From IMG/VR virus record IMGVR_UViG_3300014257_000015, positions 1 to 64,000 of that record: DNA of 64,000 bases, one strand, 5' to 3'. This stretch comes from a virus. A program made the translations under genes and the position numbers. Shown here piece by piece: positions 1 to 10,899 of this stretch. The notes below the pieces were generated by a model. That model ran no database searches. It saw nothing but the letters and a program-made list of their open reading frames with translations, and was not told the DNA's origin. Within the stretch, counting starts at the first letter, position 1, and every line of letters starts with the position of its first letter.

Positions 1-2
1 AG

Positions 3-293
3 ACGTGCGGACGAACCGTCAAAGCAAAGTGTTCACGCTGTGGTGCAATCGATACCTCTTGTGGCAAGAGCGCGCAATTTTCGCTCAGCAGGCCTATTGG
101 CTTCGAGCGCGTATGGTATCACATCGAACACATCGAACCTGACCCAACACGCCACATTCGAGGTGGCGACAAAATCACATGCTTTGTGGACGATGTTCGA
201 TTGGACATGATGGTTCATTCCGATCAACCATCAACAAAGGTTTCCTTGGTACGCACCGGGGTGCAGCGTTATAATCCGATGGTGGAGGATTAG
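3..293 (+). CDS. Partial hypothetical protein (3' end), Cys-rich
   Basis: Frame open from the window edge to TAG at 291-293 (…TCGRTVKAKCSRCGAIDTSCG…NPMVED*); GGAGG before the next ATG. Confidence 0.6.
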   Translation, partial: TCGRTVKAKCSRCGAIDTSCGKSAQFSLSRPIGFERVWYHIEHIEPDPTRHIRGGDKITCFVDDVRLDMMVHSDQPSTKVSLVRTGVQRYNPMVED

Positions 294-297
294 AGCG

Positions 298-552
298 ATG
301 GAAGTCATCAGGTCATCTTCAATACCGGAATTGGTTGCGCACAAAAGCGTAGTTGTTGAAGGGACCGGGGTGATCACGCAATATGACGCAGTAGCACCCA
401 TCGGGACACTTGAAAGCGAAGCTAAGTGGTTGGCTTGGAGAAAAGTGATCACAGAATCTGGAACCACCACCACGACTGTGACAACTTGGGCCGACGGCGA
501 CGGCAGCTATGACAACGTAGCAACAGACCTTACAACATTGGCGTACTCGTAA
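298..552 (+). CDS. Small putative virion protein
   Basis: GGAGG RBS; W..W.K…WADGDG.YD…L.Y pattern typical of small phage structural ORFs; TAATG coupling to next gene. Confidence 0.65.
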   Translation: MEVIRSSSIPELVAHKSVVVEGTGVITQYDAVAPIGTLESEAKWLAWRKVITESGTTTTTVTTWADGDGSYDNVATDLTTLAYS

Positions 553-3179
553 TGTCATTCAATCCAGCAGAATGCATCGATGAGTGGTTGCTCAATTACC
601 CGAGCGGCCAAGGCACGTATTACGCAAATGTGATGGCATCGGGCTTCGTTGCTGTAATACCATACCAACCACTGGTGATTAAAACGCCTGTTTCAGAAGT
701 GCTTGGAGGTGGAGGGATCGGGGCGTCCGGTGAGTTGATGTTTTTCTATGATTCGCTCCAAGGGTATCTAGGGTTGAACAAGGCAATCCTGTCATACCCT
801 GTGTGTTCTGGTGTGAACATTACGTGGAATGTTTCTGATGGTGTGGATTATGTAACGACTGTTGTTGTTACCAACCCAAACGTTGCGTTCTTGCGCTTCC
901 AAATGCCAAGGGCATACGCCGCGCACACCACCGAAGATTTTGAACGAATAACCTCGCAGATTCGTGTGACCGGCAATGACCCGGCTAGCTCGCTGGCCTA
1001 TGACAAATTGAACGGCAAATTGGTTTTACACGACCACACCCCAGCGTTGGATCAGAGATACGGGAAAAAACCGGCCTCAACAAAAGGCAAAATCCACGCA
1101 TACGATCCGGTGAAGGCGATTGAATATGATACCGGCGTTGATTTGACAGAGATATTTTCAGGCCGCATCAACTTCTTCAACGCAGATGAGTGCGCAGACA
1201 AGAAGCTGCTTGGTTATGACACTGGAAATCCTGTGACGTATGACAATGGAATGATATCTGGGTTTATTCCTGTAACACCTGGGAGAACGTATGCCATATC
1301 CACTCCATCAGCAGAGATAGGCGGCGGGCAACCTGGGGCTGTTGTGTATTTTTATGACACCAACAAGTCATACTTAGGAATAAGCACAACAATAGGCTCG
1401 TACCCAATTGCTCCAGGCCAGACTGTCACAACAAACCTTACAGGAGGCGGGCGCGGCTATTCGAGATTGGCGTTGTCACAAGGCACTCCAATACGATACA
1501 TCAGATTCCACCTCACATCCGCATACACCACCCACACCACCGAGGATTTTGACAGAATCAGGAATGGAATTCAGGTTGAAGCGAATGCAGATTTTACGCA
1601 GTTTGTTACGCCTGAACAATTCTCAAACCCAAAGCTTCTCCCTAAGTCGCTGCCACAGCTCTACAGAAACAAGACGAAGATGATCAAATCAGGTTCTGAC
1701 CTGTACATCAGAACGCCTTGGTCTACAACGCACGATTTCGTCCAGAGGTTGGATCTGGGGCTGAACGGGGCGTCGTACGAAAACAACCCATTCAGATTCA
1801 CATCGGCGGGCCTGATTTTGAAATCGACGCTTGACAATAATGTTCCGGGTGGAACGTACGAAACGCAGTACATGTCCATGACAGACGATATCTGCCCTGC
1901 GAATTTCAATGGAACGTACATTGGAGCAAATCACGGCGCGGCGACGCTTGTTGTATTGACGGTATCGAGCCACGACAAGACGGTTGAAGACGTAGGTTCA
2001 GAATGGACAGACGGATTGTCAAGAAAGTGGTATCTGCTGCGCGTAGTGAACAATACGACGCTGTGGGTGATGTCAGAAGATACATCCGCCACCGATGTCT
2101 GGTCATTTTACACGTCGGCCAACGGCACGACATTGTCTCACAGTGCAAACGCAACACACCAATCAGACATCGTGTTTTCGTCACAAAGCGTAACACAGCT
2201 TTGGCCCGCTATAAAGAATCAATCCAAACAAATTTTGGAAGACGGACACTCGCCTGTCACCGAAGATGGCGTGTATTTGTGCGACTTCATAGACATCAAA
2301 CACACATACGACATATCACACGTTCCATCAATATTGGATTATGTGATCTCACAAGTCGGCGGTTCCAGCCAACCTGCGTTTGATCACGAATCGATCGATA
2401 ACTGTGCAAGATTCTCGATAACCTACCGCTTTCACCAGAACGGTTCTGTTACAATTTACCACAATTTCAAGGCATTGAAGCAAATCCAAATTGGGTACAT
2501 CGGGTTCATACAGTGCGCGCCATTGTTGTATCCTGGCGGAACGTTGCATGAGTACATCCCAAAAATAGGAACAATAACGGTTGGTGGAAATGCTTATGAT
2601 TTCAAAAACATCGAGGACATATCGAGTATTGCGGATAGTGTAGATCTGGCCAAGGCCGACTGGGACGATGCCGCAAACCCTCCAGAACGCTTTGTGCAAT
2701 TTGCGAAAGACTCAGGCGCACAAAAAACCTATGGAATATGCATTGGCTATAACCAAGACGTAGGGATCGGACAACCATCCATTCGTGCTTCAAATTCCGG
2801 CAGCGCGGCATTCATATACACATCCAAAAAACAGTATCCACGCGGCGTTTCATCAGGTAGCACAACGTGGCCATCCAATTTGATACCGGCCGGCACGGTT
2901 TTGGATATGGTGGCGTTTCGTGCTCCAATCAATTACACGCTGAATGAATCTCCAACCAACGCATCTTGGTATTTTGTCGGAGATGATTGCTATTTGATGG
3001 TGGATTTTCATGAAACATTCGATGGATGGTTGAATCTTCCTGACTATTTGATTGGGATGAAAATTGCTGTTGTCGAGTCGGACGGAATAACAATCAACAG
3101 CGGGTTCGTATCACCGGACGGCATAGCGCTGAGTGTTCCAGGAACGTACGGGACATTGGTTGCGAGGTTATACAAATGA
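552..3179 (+). CDS. Large beta-rich virion/appendage protein with a duplicated N-terminal domain
   Basis: 875 aa, rich in T/S/G/Y, structural context; two ~140-aa homologous modules. Confidence 0.65.
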   Translation: MSFNPAECIDEWLLNYPSGQGTYYANVMASGFVAVIPYQPLVIKTPVSEVLGGGGIGASGELMFFYDSLQGYLGLNKAILSYPVCSGVNITWNVSDGVDYVTTVVVTNPNVAFLRFQMPRAYAAHTTEDFERITSQIRVTGNDPASSLAYDKLNGKLVLHDHTPALDQRYGKKPASTKGKIHAYDPVKAIEYDTGVDLTEIFSGRINFFNADECADKKLLGYDTGNPVTYDNGMISGFIPVTPGRTYAISTPSAEIGGGQPGAVVYFYDTNKSYLGISTTIGSYPIAPGQTVTTNLTGGGRGYSRLALSQGTPIRYIRFHLTSAYTTHTTEDFDRIRNGIQVEANADFTQFVTPEQFSNPKLLPKSLPQLYRNKTKMIKSGSDLYIRTPWSTTHDFVQRLDLGLNGASYENNPFRFTSAGLILKSTLDNNVPGGTYETQYMSMTDDICPANFNGTYIGANHGAATLVVLTVSSHDKTVEDVGSEWTDGLSRKWYLLRVVNNTTLWVMSEDTSATDVWSFYTSANGTTLSHSANATHQSDIVFSSQSVTQLWPAIKNQSKQILEDGHSPVTEDGVYLCDFIDIKHTYDISHVPSILDYVISQVGGSSQPAFDHESIDNCARFSITYRFHQNGSVTIYHNFKALKQIQIGYIGFIQCAPLLYPGGTLHEYIPKIGTITVGGNAYDFKNIEDISSIADSVDLAKADWDDAANPPERFVQFAKDSGAQKTYGICIGYNQDVGIGQPSIRASNSGSAAFIYTSKKQYPRGVSSGSTTWPSNLIPAGTVLDMVAFRAPINYTLNESPTNASWYFVGDDCYLMVDFHETFDGWLNLPDYLIGMKIAVVESDGITINSGFVSPDGIALSVPGTYGTLVARLYK

Positions 3180-3835
3180 GCGGTCCTAAAGTGTGGAACA
3201 CAGGAAGTTCTTTTCCAATCGAAATATCCGTCATCGATGAATCAACTGGACAAGGCGTGCCTGGTCTAGCTTCAGCAATCGGCCTTCACATCCGAAGATT
3301 ATCTGATGGATATTGGTGGAATGGCTCTTCGTACATTTTATCTCCACCAGCACAATTGAACGTGGTTGAAGTAGATTCCACTAACCAGCCTGGACTTTAT
3401 CGCCATACATTTATGGGCAACAATTCTATCACAGAGGAGATGTATGAAGCTCGGTGGGACATTAGCGCCGTTGCACTTCAACGCGATGCATATGAATTGC
3501 ACGTTTGTCGGCCTTCGCTGTCTCCATCAGGAGCTTACCAAACAACAATCAGAGTTGTTGATACAGGGCTGTCACCTATCGTTGGGGCTACTGTTGCTGT
3601 CTTCGATGCATCCAACACATCCATGTTGGCGAAAGGGGTGACGGATAGCGGCGGCGAGGTTACGGTTGCCCTTGATGCAGCTACGTACAACATCAGATTG
3701 GCTTGCGTTGGCTTCACTTTCACAGTGCCGGAAACGCTTGTCGTTGCTGCAAGTGGTTCAATCGAGTATACTGGTGTCCAATGGGTGCCGGATATGAACG
3801 GATCTCCATTTGATCCACAAGGTGTGTTGCCATAG
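3176..3835 (+). CDS. Virion protein with Ig-like / carboxypeptidase-regulatory-like domain
   Basis: PIVGATVAV…GVTDSGGEV…AATYNIRL…GFTF pattern; ATGA overlap. Confidence 0.6.
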   Translation: MSGPKVWNTGSSFPIEISVIDESTGQGVPGLASAIGLHIRRLSDGYWWNGSSYILSPPAQLNVVEVDSTNQPGLYRHTFMGNNSITEEMYEARWDISAVALQRDAYELHVCRPSLSPSGAYQTTIRVVDTGLSPIVGATVAVFDASNTSMLAKGVTDSGGEVTVALDAATYNIRLACVGFTFTVPETLVVAASGSIEYTGVQWVPDMNGSPFDPQGVLP

Positions 3836-3844
3836 GAGATACAC

Positions 3845-4306
3845 ATGTCAGAGAAAGTTGCTGTCGAAATCTTGGTGCAGAAGGCCATCACGCTGATGAG
3901 CGGCGAGTCGCTGTACCAATATGAAGAGAATTTGCGAAACGCCGCGCGTGATGTGGTGAAACGAAAGTACAACTTGGCCAATGACGACGGGTCATACATG
4001 GCCGAAGTTTACGACGGCGCATCAATTTGGTCAGTGTACAAGAAAAACGAAAGCCCACCACACCAGTACATCATGATCGAGCACACCCGGGATGAAAACG
4101 GGAATTTCAAGTTTGGAGGCTCGATGAAGGTGAAACGCACCACCAAATATGAACCAGTTGGTGCGGTAGCAAAAGTCACGAAAGGTCGCTGGATCGAGGC
4201 CGAGGCGTCATCCAAAGAGTCGACAAAGAGCGATGAAGGTTCCACCGAGAAAGAGTGTGGTAAAGAGCGCGCTGTCAAAAAGGACTTTTGGAACGGCGTG
4301 TTTTGA
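3845..4306 (+). CDS. Hypothetical protein (head module)
   Basis: AGGAGA RBS, 153 aa. Confidence 0.65.
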   Translation: MSEKVAVEILVQKAITLMSGESLYQYEENLRNAARDVVKRKYNLANDDGSYMAEVYDGASIWSVYKKNESPPHQYIMIEHTRDENGNFKFGGSMKVKRTTKYEPVGAVAKVTKGRWIEAEASSKESTKSDEGSTEKECGKERAVKKDFWNGVF

Positions 4307-4314
4307 GGTGATCC

Positions 4315-5409
4315 ATGCCGTCAATAGCCAGAGGCCAAGCCAACACACAGTACATTCTCAACTGGTTTTTGACAGTCGGGGGAGTGCTAACAGACGCATA
4401 TGCTGTTGAGTATCGTATCCTTGACATAACCGGAGGGTTGCCAGGAACACAGGTGTTTCCGACTGTCGCGGGGACGTGGGAGGATGTGTCAAGCGGCGAC
4501 GGACACTTTGCCACAGGCTCGTACTATGCATATGACAACGCGCTGGCAGACGGGTGGACGTCTGCTGCCGCCGAACCAATTGGCACACATCGAATCGAAT
4601 GGCGATGGAAGTACATTGCCACTTCGGCGTATGTCTCCGGGTTTGAAGACTTTGACGTCAAATCAAGTTCAAGTCCAGATTTGTATATATCGCTGTCGGA
4701 CGTTCGCGCCGAGGGGCTTGATTCCACGGTAGCAGACGACGCCAAGGTGATGGCCGCCATCGAGCTTTGGCAGGCGATCATTGAGAGGGCGTGTCGACAA
4801 TGGTTCAATCCAAGAACGCTAATTTTGAAGGCTGATGGAACCGATTCGGACGCACTTCACTTCGGGGTTCCCATCATAGACATCGAATACCTGAAACTCA
4901 ATAACTCATCCGACGAGTTAGACACGGGGTTGTATCGGGTGTACAACAGCCGATCATATCCCGATGATCGTCGAAACCCGAGGATCAAACTGATTGGTTC
5001 TGAACGAGCGGATATTTACACGGCACCGTTGTGCAGCCGTCTTCGATTCGCGAAGGGACGGCAGAACCAAGAGATCAAAGGAACATTCGGTTTCACCGAA
5101 GAGGATGGAAGCACACCATTGCCAATAAAGAGGGCATTGTTATTGTTGGTGATCGAAAAATTGACAAAGCCGCCGTACCCGGGGAGTTCAACAACGGTCA
5201 CTCCTCCAGCAATTATTGGTGGAATCATCGAAGAGCAAACAGACGAACACCGGATCAGATATGGCGGCGCAGCGAGTACCACAGGCAAGATATCCGACCG
5301 AAGGCCAGGGCTGTCAGGGATAACAGCCAATCAAGAAATCCTAGACATCATCAAATTGTACAGAGCGCCGATCGGAATAGCCACCCCAGCCCATACGAGT
5401 CTTCAATGA
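4315..5409 (+). CDS. Head-tail adaptor/connector with N-terminal extension
   Basis: YISLSDVRAEG…IIERACRQWF…GTFGF…TPLPIKRALLLL motif series of connectors; GAGGTGA RBS. Confidence 0.7.
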   Translation: MPSIARGQANTQYILNWFLTVGGVLTDAYAVEYRILDITGGLPGTQVFPTVAGTWEDVSSGDGHFATGSYYAYDNALADGWTSAAAEPIGTHRIEWRWKYIATSAYVSGFEDFDVKSSSSPDLYISLSDVRAEGLDSTVADDAKVMAAIELWQAIIERACRQWFNPRTLILKADGTDSDALHFGVPIIDIEYLKLNNSSDELDTGLYRVYNSRSYPDDRRNPRIKLIGSERADIYTAPLCSRLRFAKGRQNQEIKGTFGFTEEDGSTPLPIKRALLLLVIEKLTKPPYPGSSTTVTPPAIIGGIIEEQTDEHRIRYGGAASTTGKISDRRPGLSGITANQEILDIIKLYRAPIGIATPAHTSLQ

Positions 5410-5807
5410 TCCCGAACCTTCTCCATCCCGTTCCAGTTGACGTGGAACAATTGGACAAGTCAGGGACAATCTATGACGACGATTTCAGGGAGCCAACACA
5501 ACAAGTTGAACACAAGACGGTCGTTCACCTCGAAGGCCAAGTGCATTGGGGTGAAATGAAGGAAGTTGGCGTGACACAAGCTGGCGTTGAAGAAAACGCA
5601 GCAGGGTACGTTGTGTTCAGGTACGTTGATTTGGAAGCGCAGTCAGTCGTATTGCGTCTCAATGATCGGATAACAAGGCTTGGGAAGCTTGACACAGATT
5701 TGTACATCACCAAATTGAAACCATCTGGACATTGGCCTGATCAAGGCGGCGCCACTCTGTTGAAAGCATATTTCATGGATCGGCAACCCTCTCGCCAGGA
5801 GGCGTAA
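5406..5807 (+). CDS. Head closure/stopper protein
   Basis: True start is likely ATG 5406 (ATGA overlap; MIPNLLHP…YDDDFREP); position after the adaptor. Confidence 0.6.
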   Translation: MIPNLLHPVPVDVEQLDKSGTIYDDDFREPTQQVEHKTVVHLEGQVHWGEMKEVGVTQAGVEENAAGYVVFRYVDLEAQSVVLRLNDRITRLGKLDTDLYITKLKPSGHWPDQGGATLLKAYFMDRQPSRQEA

Positions 5808-5808
5808 G

Positions 5809-6429
5809 GTGCCAGTTGCAACGATCAAATTCCACGGGTTCAAGAAAATTGAACATGCGTTAGATGACAAACGTTTCAGCACAGTGTTGAGGGCGCACAT
5901 CCGTAAGGCCAACGTCAAAATAGGTCTTCATGCGCGAAAAACGGTCAGAGATGTTGTCAAATCCAGCATCCTAACCAAAAACAGACCGCTCACAATCGCC
6001 ATCAAAGGGTCAGAAAAATCCATGGTTGATCGTGGAGATTTTTGGCAATCGTTGACGTACAAGGTGATCAGCGATCTTCAAGTTTTTGTCGGGGTTCTTC
6101 AGCAATCGGCCGAATACAACATTGCGAAAGTCCTTCACGATGGTGTGGTGATTCCAGTCACACCACAGATGCGCGGGTTGTTTTGGGCGTTGTGGCAAGT
6201 GTCAATCGGGGCAATGCCAAAGTCCAACCTGTCTGAACGCGGCCAAGAGCTGATCGAACAGATGCCCGAGGGATGGAAACCGTTGAAAGACAGCACCACA
6301 GCAATCATCATCCCTTCGCGCCCATTTATCCGCATCGCTTTTGAAAACAAATCGCTGGAGGCGTACGCTAGGCAAATGTGGTCGTCTGCTACGGCGGCTG
6401 CGTTCAAGGAATTGTCCACTAAGGGTTGA
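5809..6429 (+). CDS. Neck/tail-completion (virion morphogenesis) protein
   Basis: LTIAIKGS…MVDRG…LHDG…IIPSRPFI motifs; GGAGG RBS. Confidence 0.7.
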   Translation: MPVATIKFHGFKKIEHALDDKRFSTVLRAHIRKANVKIGLHARKTVRDVVKSSILTKNRPLTIAIKGSEKSMVDRGDFWQSLTYKVISDLQVFVGVLQQSAEYNIAKVLHDGVVIPVTPQMRGLFWALWQVSIGAMPKSNLSERGQELIEQMPEGWKPLKDSTTAIIIPSRPFIRIAFENKSLEAYARQMWSSATAAAFKELSTKG

Positions 6430-7664
6430 TTGTGAGACTAAAACGACTGATCAAAACGTTCTCGTTCACCAATGACAATCGTTCTCGCATAGCGCTGGGG
6501 GCAGGCGCGCGCCTTCACCCAACGCGCAACGCCATTGAGTTGTCGGAACCATACAGCACAGCAGCGGACATCCAAGCATCAACTTGGATCACCAATCCTC
6601 GTAATGTGAAACAATGGCTGGGATTCCAAGCAGTGGACAACCACCAGAAGGACGAGGACGGCGCGCCATATACGTCGCTCGGGTATCGGATCGGCGACGG
6701 AACAGACCAATATTGGTGGGACGGTGGCGCATGGGCTATCAACACTACAGATTGGAACACAGAAGCAGAGATAGCAACCAACATCACCACCTTTCCAGCA
6801 ACGTCAAAGCAACTCCAAGTGATTGTCAATTTGGTCACGACAAACGAATCCTACACGCCACAACTTTTCTCTGTCAAAGTGCTGTATTCGAGTGACATTG
6901 AATTCCAGGAAGACTTGATTTGGCGCTCGTTCATCCCAGAGCTTCGGGAGCAGATCAGACCAATATCCGATTGGCCAATCAAAATCACCACGGCTGGAAC
7001 TGAAATCAATTTGAACGATTACGCATTGGACACGCCGTACAACATCGTTGGGATAGATTCTGTATTCAACCACACGACTGATCCAAACCACGACACAGAT
7101 GCCTTTTCATCATACGACGATGTCACGAAAATCATCACTGTGAATTCAGCATTAGCGGTCGGTGACGTAGCGTGGGTCAGATTCACATATGAGCCTGAGG
7201 TGGCCGCAACCACGAGCCAGGAATACACCGAGATCGCAAAAGTACCTGCCATCACTATTGGCGACATTTCGTTGAAAAGATCTTCAGAAGTGACACGTGA
7301 TGACTCTGTGATCGACAAAGCAGCCGGAACAGCAGTGAAAGTCCTTGGGCCAATGATGGCTGACGTTGAGATGGTGCTGACAGCAATCACAGCCAGCGCA
7401 AAAGACAACGTGCGGTTGGCCGATGAATTGAAAAGGTTCTTTCGTAACAATGTTATGCTGCGATCACGTGGATTGGATGAATACTTTAGGCTTTGGATGG
7501 TTGATGAGTACAGCCAAGGCACTCTTCCGACCCAAACAAACATTCATGCCAGTCGGCTTCGTGTTCGCATTGTGAACGGGCTATTCTTTGAGCGCGATGC
7601 AGTTGAAGCATACCCCGTATTGAATTTTCATCTCACCGGAGACATGAACACGGTTGTTCAGTAA
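6426..7664 (+). CDS. Putative tail terminator with N-terminal extra domain
   Basis: Synteny between neck and sheath genes; 412 aa. Confidence 0.5.
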   Translation: MIVRLKRLIKTFSFTNDNRSRIALGAGARLHPTRNAIELSEPYSTAADIQASTWITNPRNVKQWLGFQAVDNHQKDEDGAPYTSLGYRIGDGTDQYWWDGGAWAINTTDWNTEAEIATNITTFPATSKQLQVIVNLVTTNESYTPQLFSVKVLYSSDIEFQEDLIWRSFIPELREQIRPISDWPIKITTAGTEINLNDYALDTPYNIVGIDSVFNHTTDPNHDTDAFSSYDDVTKIITVNSALAVGDVAWVRFTYEPEVAATTSQEYTEIAKVPAITIGDISLKRSSEVTRDDSVIDKAAGTAVKVLGPMMADVEMVLTAITASAKDNVRLADELKRFFRNNVMLRSRGLDEYFRLWMVDEYSQGTLPTQTNIHASRLRVRIVNGLFFERDAVEAYPVLNFHLTGDMNTVVQ

Positions 7665-7680
7665 TTGAGGAGAACGTAAC

Positions 7681-9957
7681 ATGGCACAACGAAGATTTGG
7701 CCCAACACGCGGCGCTGGCGTCGCCTTGGTCGAAAATGAAGGCGACAAACCCATCGAGGCAGCTGCGCTCGGGTATGCTGGGTATGCAGGGTTGTTCGAA
7801 AAAGGCCCTACAAATGAGCTAATCATTATCACCAACAAGAAGCAATTCTTGAAAAAGATGGGCAGTTACATCCCTGAGTCGTATGCTCCTGATGCATCTT
7901 TCGACTATTTTGACTTGGCCAACGGGGCGGGCGGCCTTTGCCTCGTGCGTGTCACCGATGGTAACGAGCTTCAAGCATCAGCCACGTTGTATGCTCGTTA
8001 TGGCAGCATCCTTACTCCAATGGGAACAATCAAAGCCAAGAATGGCGGTCGTTGGGGCGGGAAAGAAAACCGCTACACAGCGGACATGGCGAGTGGTGCT
8101 GACTTGGCAGAGACCACCTTGGACACCGGCCTTACCATGAAGACAGATGAATGGAAGGGCGGTTGGATCGAGCTTGAGCAAGTCCCCAACACTCGCTATG
8201 AGATCATTGGAAATACGACAGCGGGCGTCGTAACGGTGGCTGCTGATCAAACCATGAAGACAGATTGGGGAATCAGCGGCGATCTCCGCTACTACCTCGT
8301 CATCGACAATGATCGCGAGAAGGCAGTCAGTGTTCTGATCAGCGACGGCGAGGAGAATGCTAGCACAGAATTCAGCATGTCTGTGTATGTCGACGGTGTG
8401 TTCATCAAGAAATACCCCAATCTCAACACCAATCCAACGAGCGGTCGTTATTGGGTGAACGTCATCAACAACGACGGCGCAAATGACGAAATCGAAGCAG
8501 TTGACTTGTGGGTGGGGACGCACACCGCAGCGGTTCGCCCTGCCAATCACTACGGCCTCATCAGCACCGTCACCACGCTGGTGATGACAGCTGTGATCCA
8601 CGATTTCACAATCAATTCGCCCACCGGAGCAGACCCGACGTTTGCCATTGATGCTTCGGATGATGAGATGGTAGCGCAGAAGATCACCATCACAATGTCC
8701 AGTGCTACGGCAGGGACAGCGGCGAGTGACAAATTTGGCGCACTCGGGGCTGTCACTGTTGGAACGGCGTTCGTTCCCAACAACAAGTGGACACCAGAGT
8801 TCACGGTTACGGCGGGCGCCACACCGCTCGCCGCCGCTGATACTTTGGTGATCAATTACAAACCATTCGTTCCAAGCATGTTGGTTGGCGGGTACCTGTA
8901 CCCCGACAAGGTGAATGCTCCTTTTGTGAAATATCGCATTACCGCGAATGACCACGAAAGCATCACAGTTGCCGATGGATCAGATCTCACTGTCGACGGC
9001 GCCCCGGCGGACGAATTCATGGTTGAGGCGCGTATTGACCTCATCAATGGTCGCGACGGACACAGCGCTGTGACAGATGGGATCTACATCAGCAAGGCGT
9101 GGGACACGGGGCTAAGCCCGTTCAATCGCATTGCTGGTCGAAATCTCGGGTTGGTGAAGATGGCTACGCCTGGTGTTAGTTCGACCGCTGTTCAGAAGGC
9201 CGGGGCGGCCTATGCGGCAGCGAAAAATCACCAATACAGATATGAATTCCCGTCATCCATTGTGACCGAACAGGGCGCAATCGATTACATCAATGAAACA
9301 ATTGGTCGAAGTGATTTTGCTGTCGCCGCTTTTCCATCGTGGGGATACGTCCCAGACCCAGACAGCATCGACGGCAAATTGAAGTTGGTCCCCAACACAG
9401 GGATGATTCACGGGCGCGAGGCGCGAATTGCCGCTGACTACAACGGGTATCACAAGGCAGAGGCGGGCATTGATGCAACGTTGCCTGAGCTTTTGAAGAT
9501 CACAACGGCTGATGCCATCCTGGACGAAGAGCAGCTGAACCCTGTTGGTATTGCTGTTGTGAAGAAGGTGAAAGGCAATTTCGTGATCTGGGGTGATCGG
9601 ACGTTGTACACCGATGCCAACTGGAAATGGAAGCACCAGAGAGAGCAGATGTCACATTACGAACACACGCTCCAAGAAAATTTCGATTGGATTGTGTTCA
9701 TGATCAACGATCCAGACACAGAAAAAATGGCTCTTACGTCGCTGAAGACGTTTTTCTTGCCGGAGTTTACGAAGCGGGCGTTGCGTGGGAAGACGTTTGA
9801 AGATGCAGCAATCTTCAAAGTCGATGAAGAGAACAACACCGATGCAACCCGCGCGGCGGGCGACATGTATGCGGAAGTCTCGTTGAGGCTTGCCGACACG
9901 GTTGAGCGATTCATAATCAGAATCGGCAAGCAAGGCATCTTCGAGTCTGTGTCGTAG
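7681..9957 (+). CDS. Contractile tail sheath protein
   Basis: FEKGP near the N-terminus; C-terminal LNPVGI…IWGDRTL…WIVF..ND…ERFIIRI sheath signature. Confidence 0.92.
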   Translation: MAQRRFGPTRGAGVALVENEGDKPIEAAALGYAGYAGLFEKGPTNELIIITNKKQFLKKMGSYIPESYAPDASFDYFDLANGAGGLCLVRVTDGNELQASATLYARYGSILTPMGTIKAKNGGRWGGKENRYTADMASGADLAETTLDTGLTMKTDEWKGGWIELEQVPNTRYEIIGNTTAGVVTVAADQTMKTDWGISGDLRYYLVIDNDREKAVSVLISDGEENASTEFSMSVYVDGVFIKKYPNLNTNPTSGRYWVNVINNDGANDEIEAVDLWVGTHTAAVRPANHYGLISTVTTLVMTAVIHDFTINSPTGADPTFAIDASDDEMVAQKITITMSSATAGTAASDKFGALGAVTVGTAFVPNNKWTPEFTVTAGATPLAAADTLVINYKPFVPSMLVGGYLYPDKVNAPFVKYRITANDHESITVADGSDLTVDGAPADEFMVEARIDLINGRDGHSAVTDGIYISKAWDTGLSPFNRIAGRNLGLVKMATPGVSSTAVQKAGAAYAAAKNHQYRYEFPSSIVTEQGAIDYINETIGRSDFAVAAFPSWGYVPDPDSIDGKLKLVPNTGMIHGREARIAADYNGYHKAEAGIDATLPELLKITTADAILDEEQLNPVGIAVVKKVKGNFVIWGDRTLYTDANWKWKHQREQMSHYEHTLQENFDWIVFMINDPDTEKMALTSLKTFFLPEFTKRALRGKTFEDAAIFKVDEENNTDATRAAGDMYAEVSLRLADTVERFIIRIGKQGIFESVS

Positions 9958-10020
9958 TATTGGTATTGGTAAACAACACGAAAACAGTGCACGCTTAGTG
10001 TCTCTGAAAAGGAGTTGGTG

Positions 10021-10431
10021 ATGACGGTAACATTGAAAGAAAAATTGGGAGAAGCCGGATCGTTTTTGGACAGATCATCCGGCAGCGACAATCTTTACGA
10101 TGTGTTGGTGGCGATGCACCAATGGATGACAACGGTGACAGCCGAGGTCAACGCAATCAACGGCGGGGCGTCCATCGTGACACAGTTCAACCAACTATTG
10201 GCTGATCACAACGCGTTGGCCGGTGAGTATTCGCAGTTACTTTCTGACTTCAATGCATTGTCAGCGCAATACACGCAATTCGTGACAGATTACAATGCCA
10301 CGACAGCACCCACAACGGCTACCACACCAGGCGATTCAACAGCTTCATCTGTCGCAGATTCAACGGCTGAAGAGTTGGCTGAGCCATCAGGTTCCAGCAG
10401 CGATATCGCAGCAACCATCACGGTTGAATAA
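10021..10431 (+). CDS. Coiled-coil hypothetical protein between sheath and tube
   Basis: AAGGAG RBS; three 14-aa repeats followed by a T/S/A-rich tail. Confidence 0.7.
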   Translation: MTVTLKEKLGEAGSFLDRSSGSDNLYDVLVAMHQWMTTVTAEVNAINGGASIVTQFNQLLADHNALAGEYSQLLSDFNALSAQYTQFVTDYNATTAPTTATTPGDSTASSVADSTAEELAEPSGSSSDIAATITVE

Positions 10432-10461
10432 CGCCAACAGCTTAACACAGGAGAAGAGCCG

Positions 10462-10899
10462 ATGAAAGGCACAATAAAGCCAGACCACATCCCGGTCAAC
10501 AAATACAAGCTGTTGGTGCTTGGGTTGCCCGAGATCACTGCCACCGAGATATCTGGACTGGAAGACGAGCTTCAAACAACAGAGCTTCCAGACAGGACAG
10601 TGGCCAGCGGCGGGAATCGAGGCCCGACTGAATTCACCATCATGGTCCCAATGCACCACACTGTCGAACAGGCAGCGATGGAAGTTTGGTTCAGGGAGTC
10701 ACAAGACCCCGTTCTGCCAACGTACAAGAAGGCAGGGACAATCATCCATTACAGCATCAGCGGACAAGTCGACCGTACCTATTCTCTGATTGGCGTTTTC
10801 CCGTCGAAGCGTGCAACGCCCGACCTTGAAATGGCCAACGAAGGCGAGATGGCTGCTGTTGAATGGACGTTGAAGGTTGACGACGTTCTACCATTGTAA
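10462..10899 (+). CDS. Tail tube protein (T4 gp19-like)
   Basis: 145 aa after the sheath; EISGLE…W…KKAGTI…GVFPSK…DL. Confidence 0.85.
   Translation: MKGTIKPDHIPVNKYKLLVLGLPEITATEISGLEDELQTTELPDRTVASGGNRGPTEFTIMVPMHHTVEQAAMEVWFRESQDPVLPTYKKAGTIIHYSISGQVDRTYSLIGVFPSKRATPDLEMANEGEMAAVEWTLKVDDVLPL

Noticed and set aside
5031-5405. N-terminal extension of the 258-aa ORF overlapping the adaptor gene
   Set aside because: Arg-rich off-frame sequence with no motifs, unlike the nested HNH; the real start is ATG 5406.
7978-8955. 325-aa minus-strand ORF
   Set aside because: Codon-bias shadow of the sheath gene.
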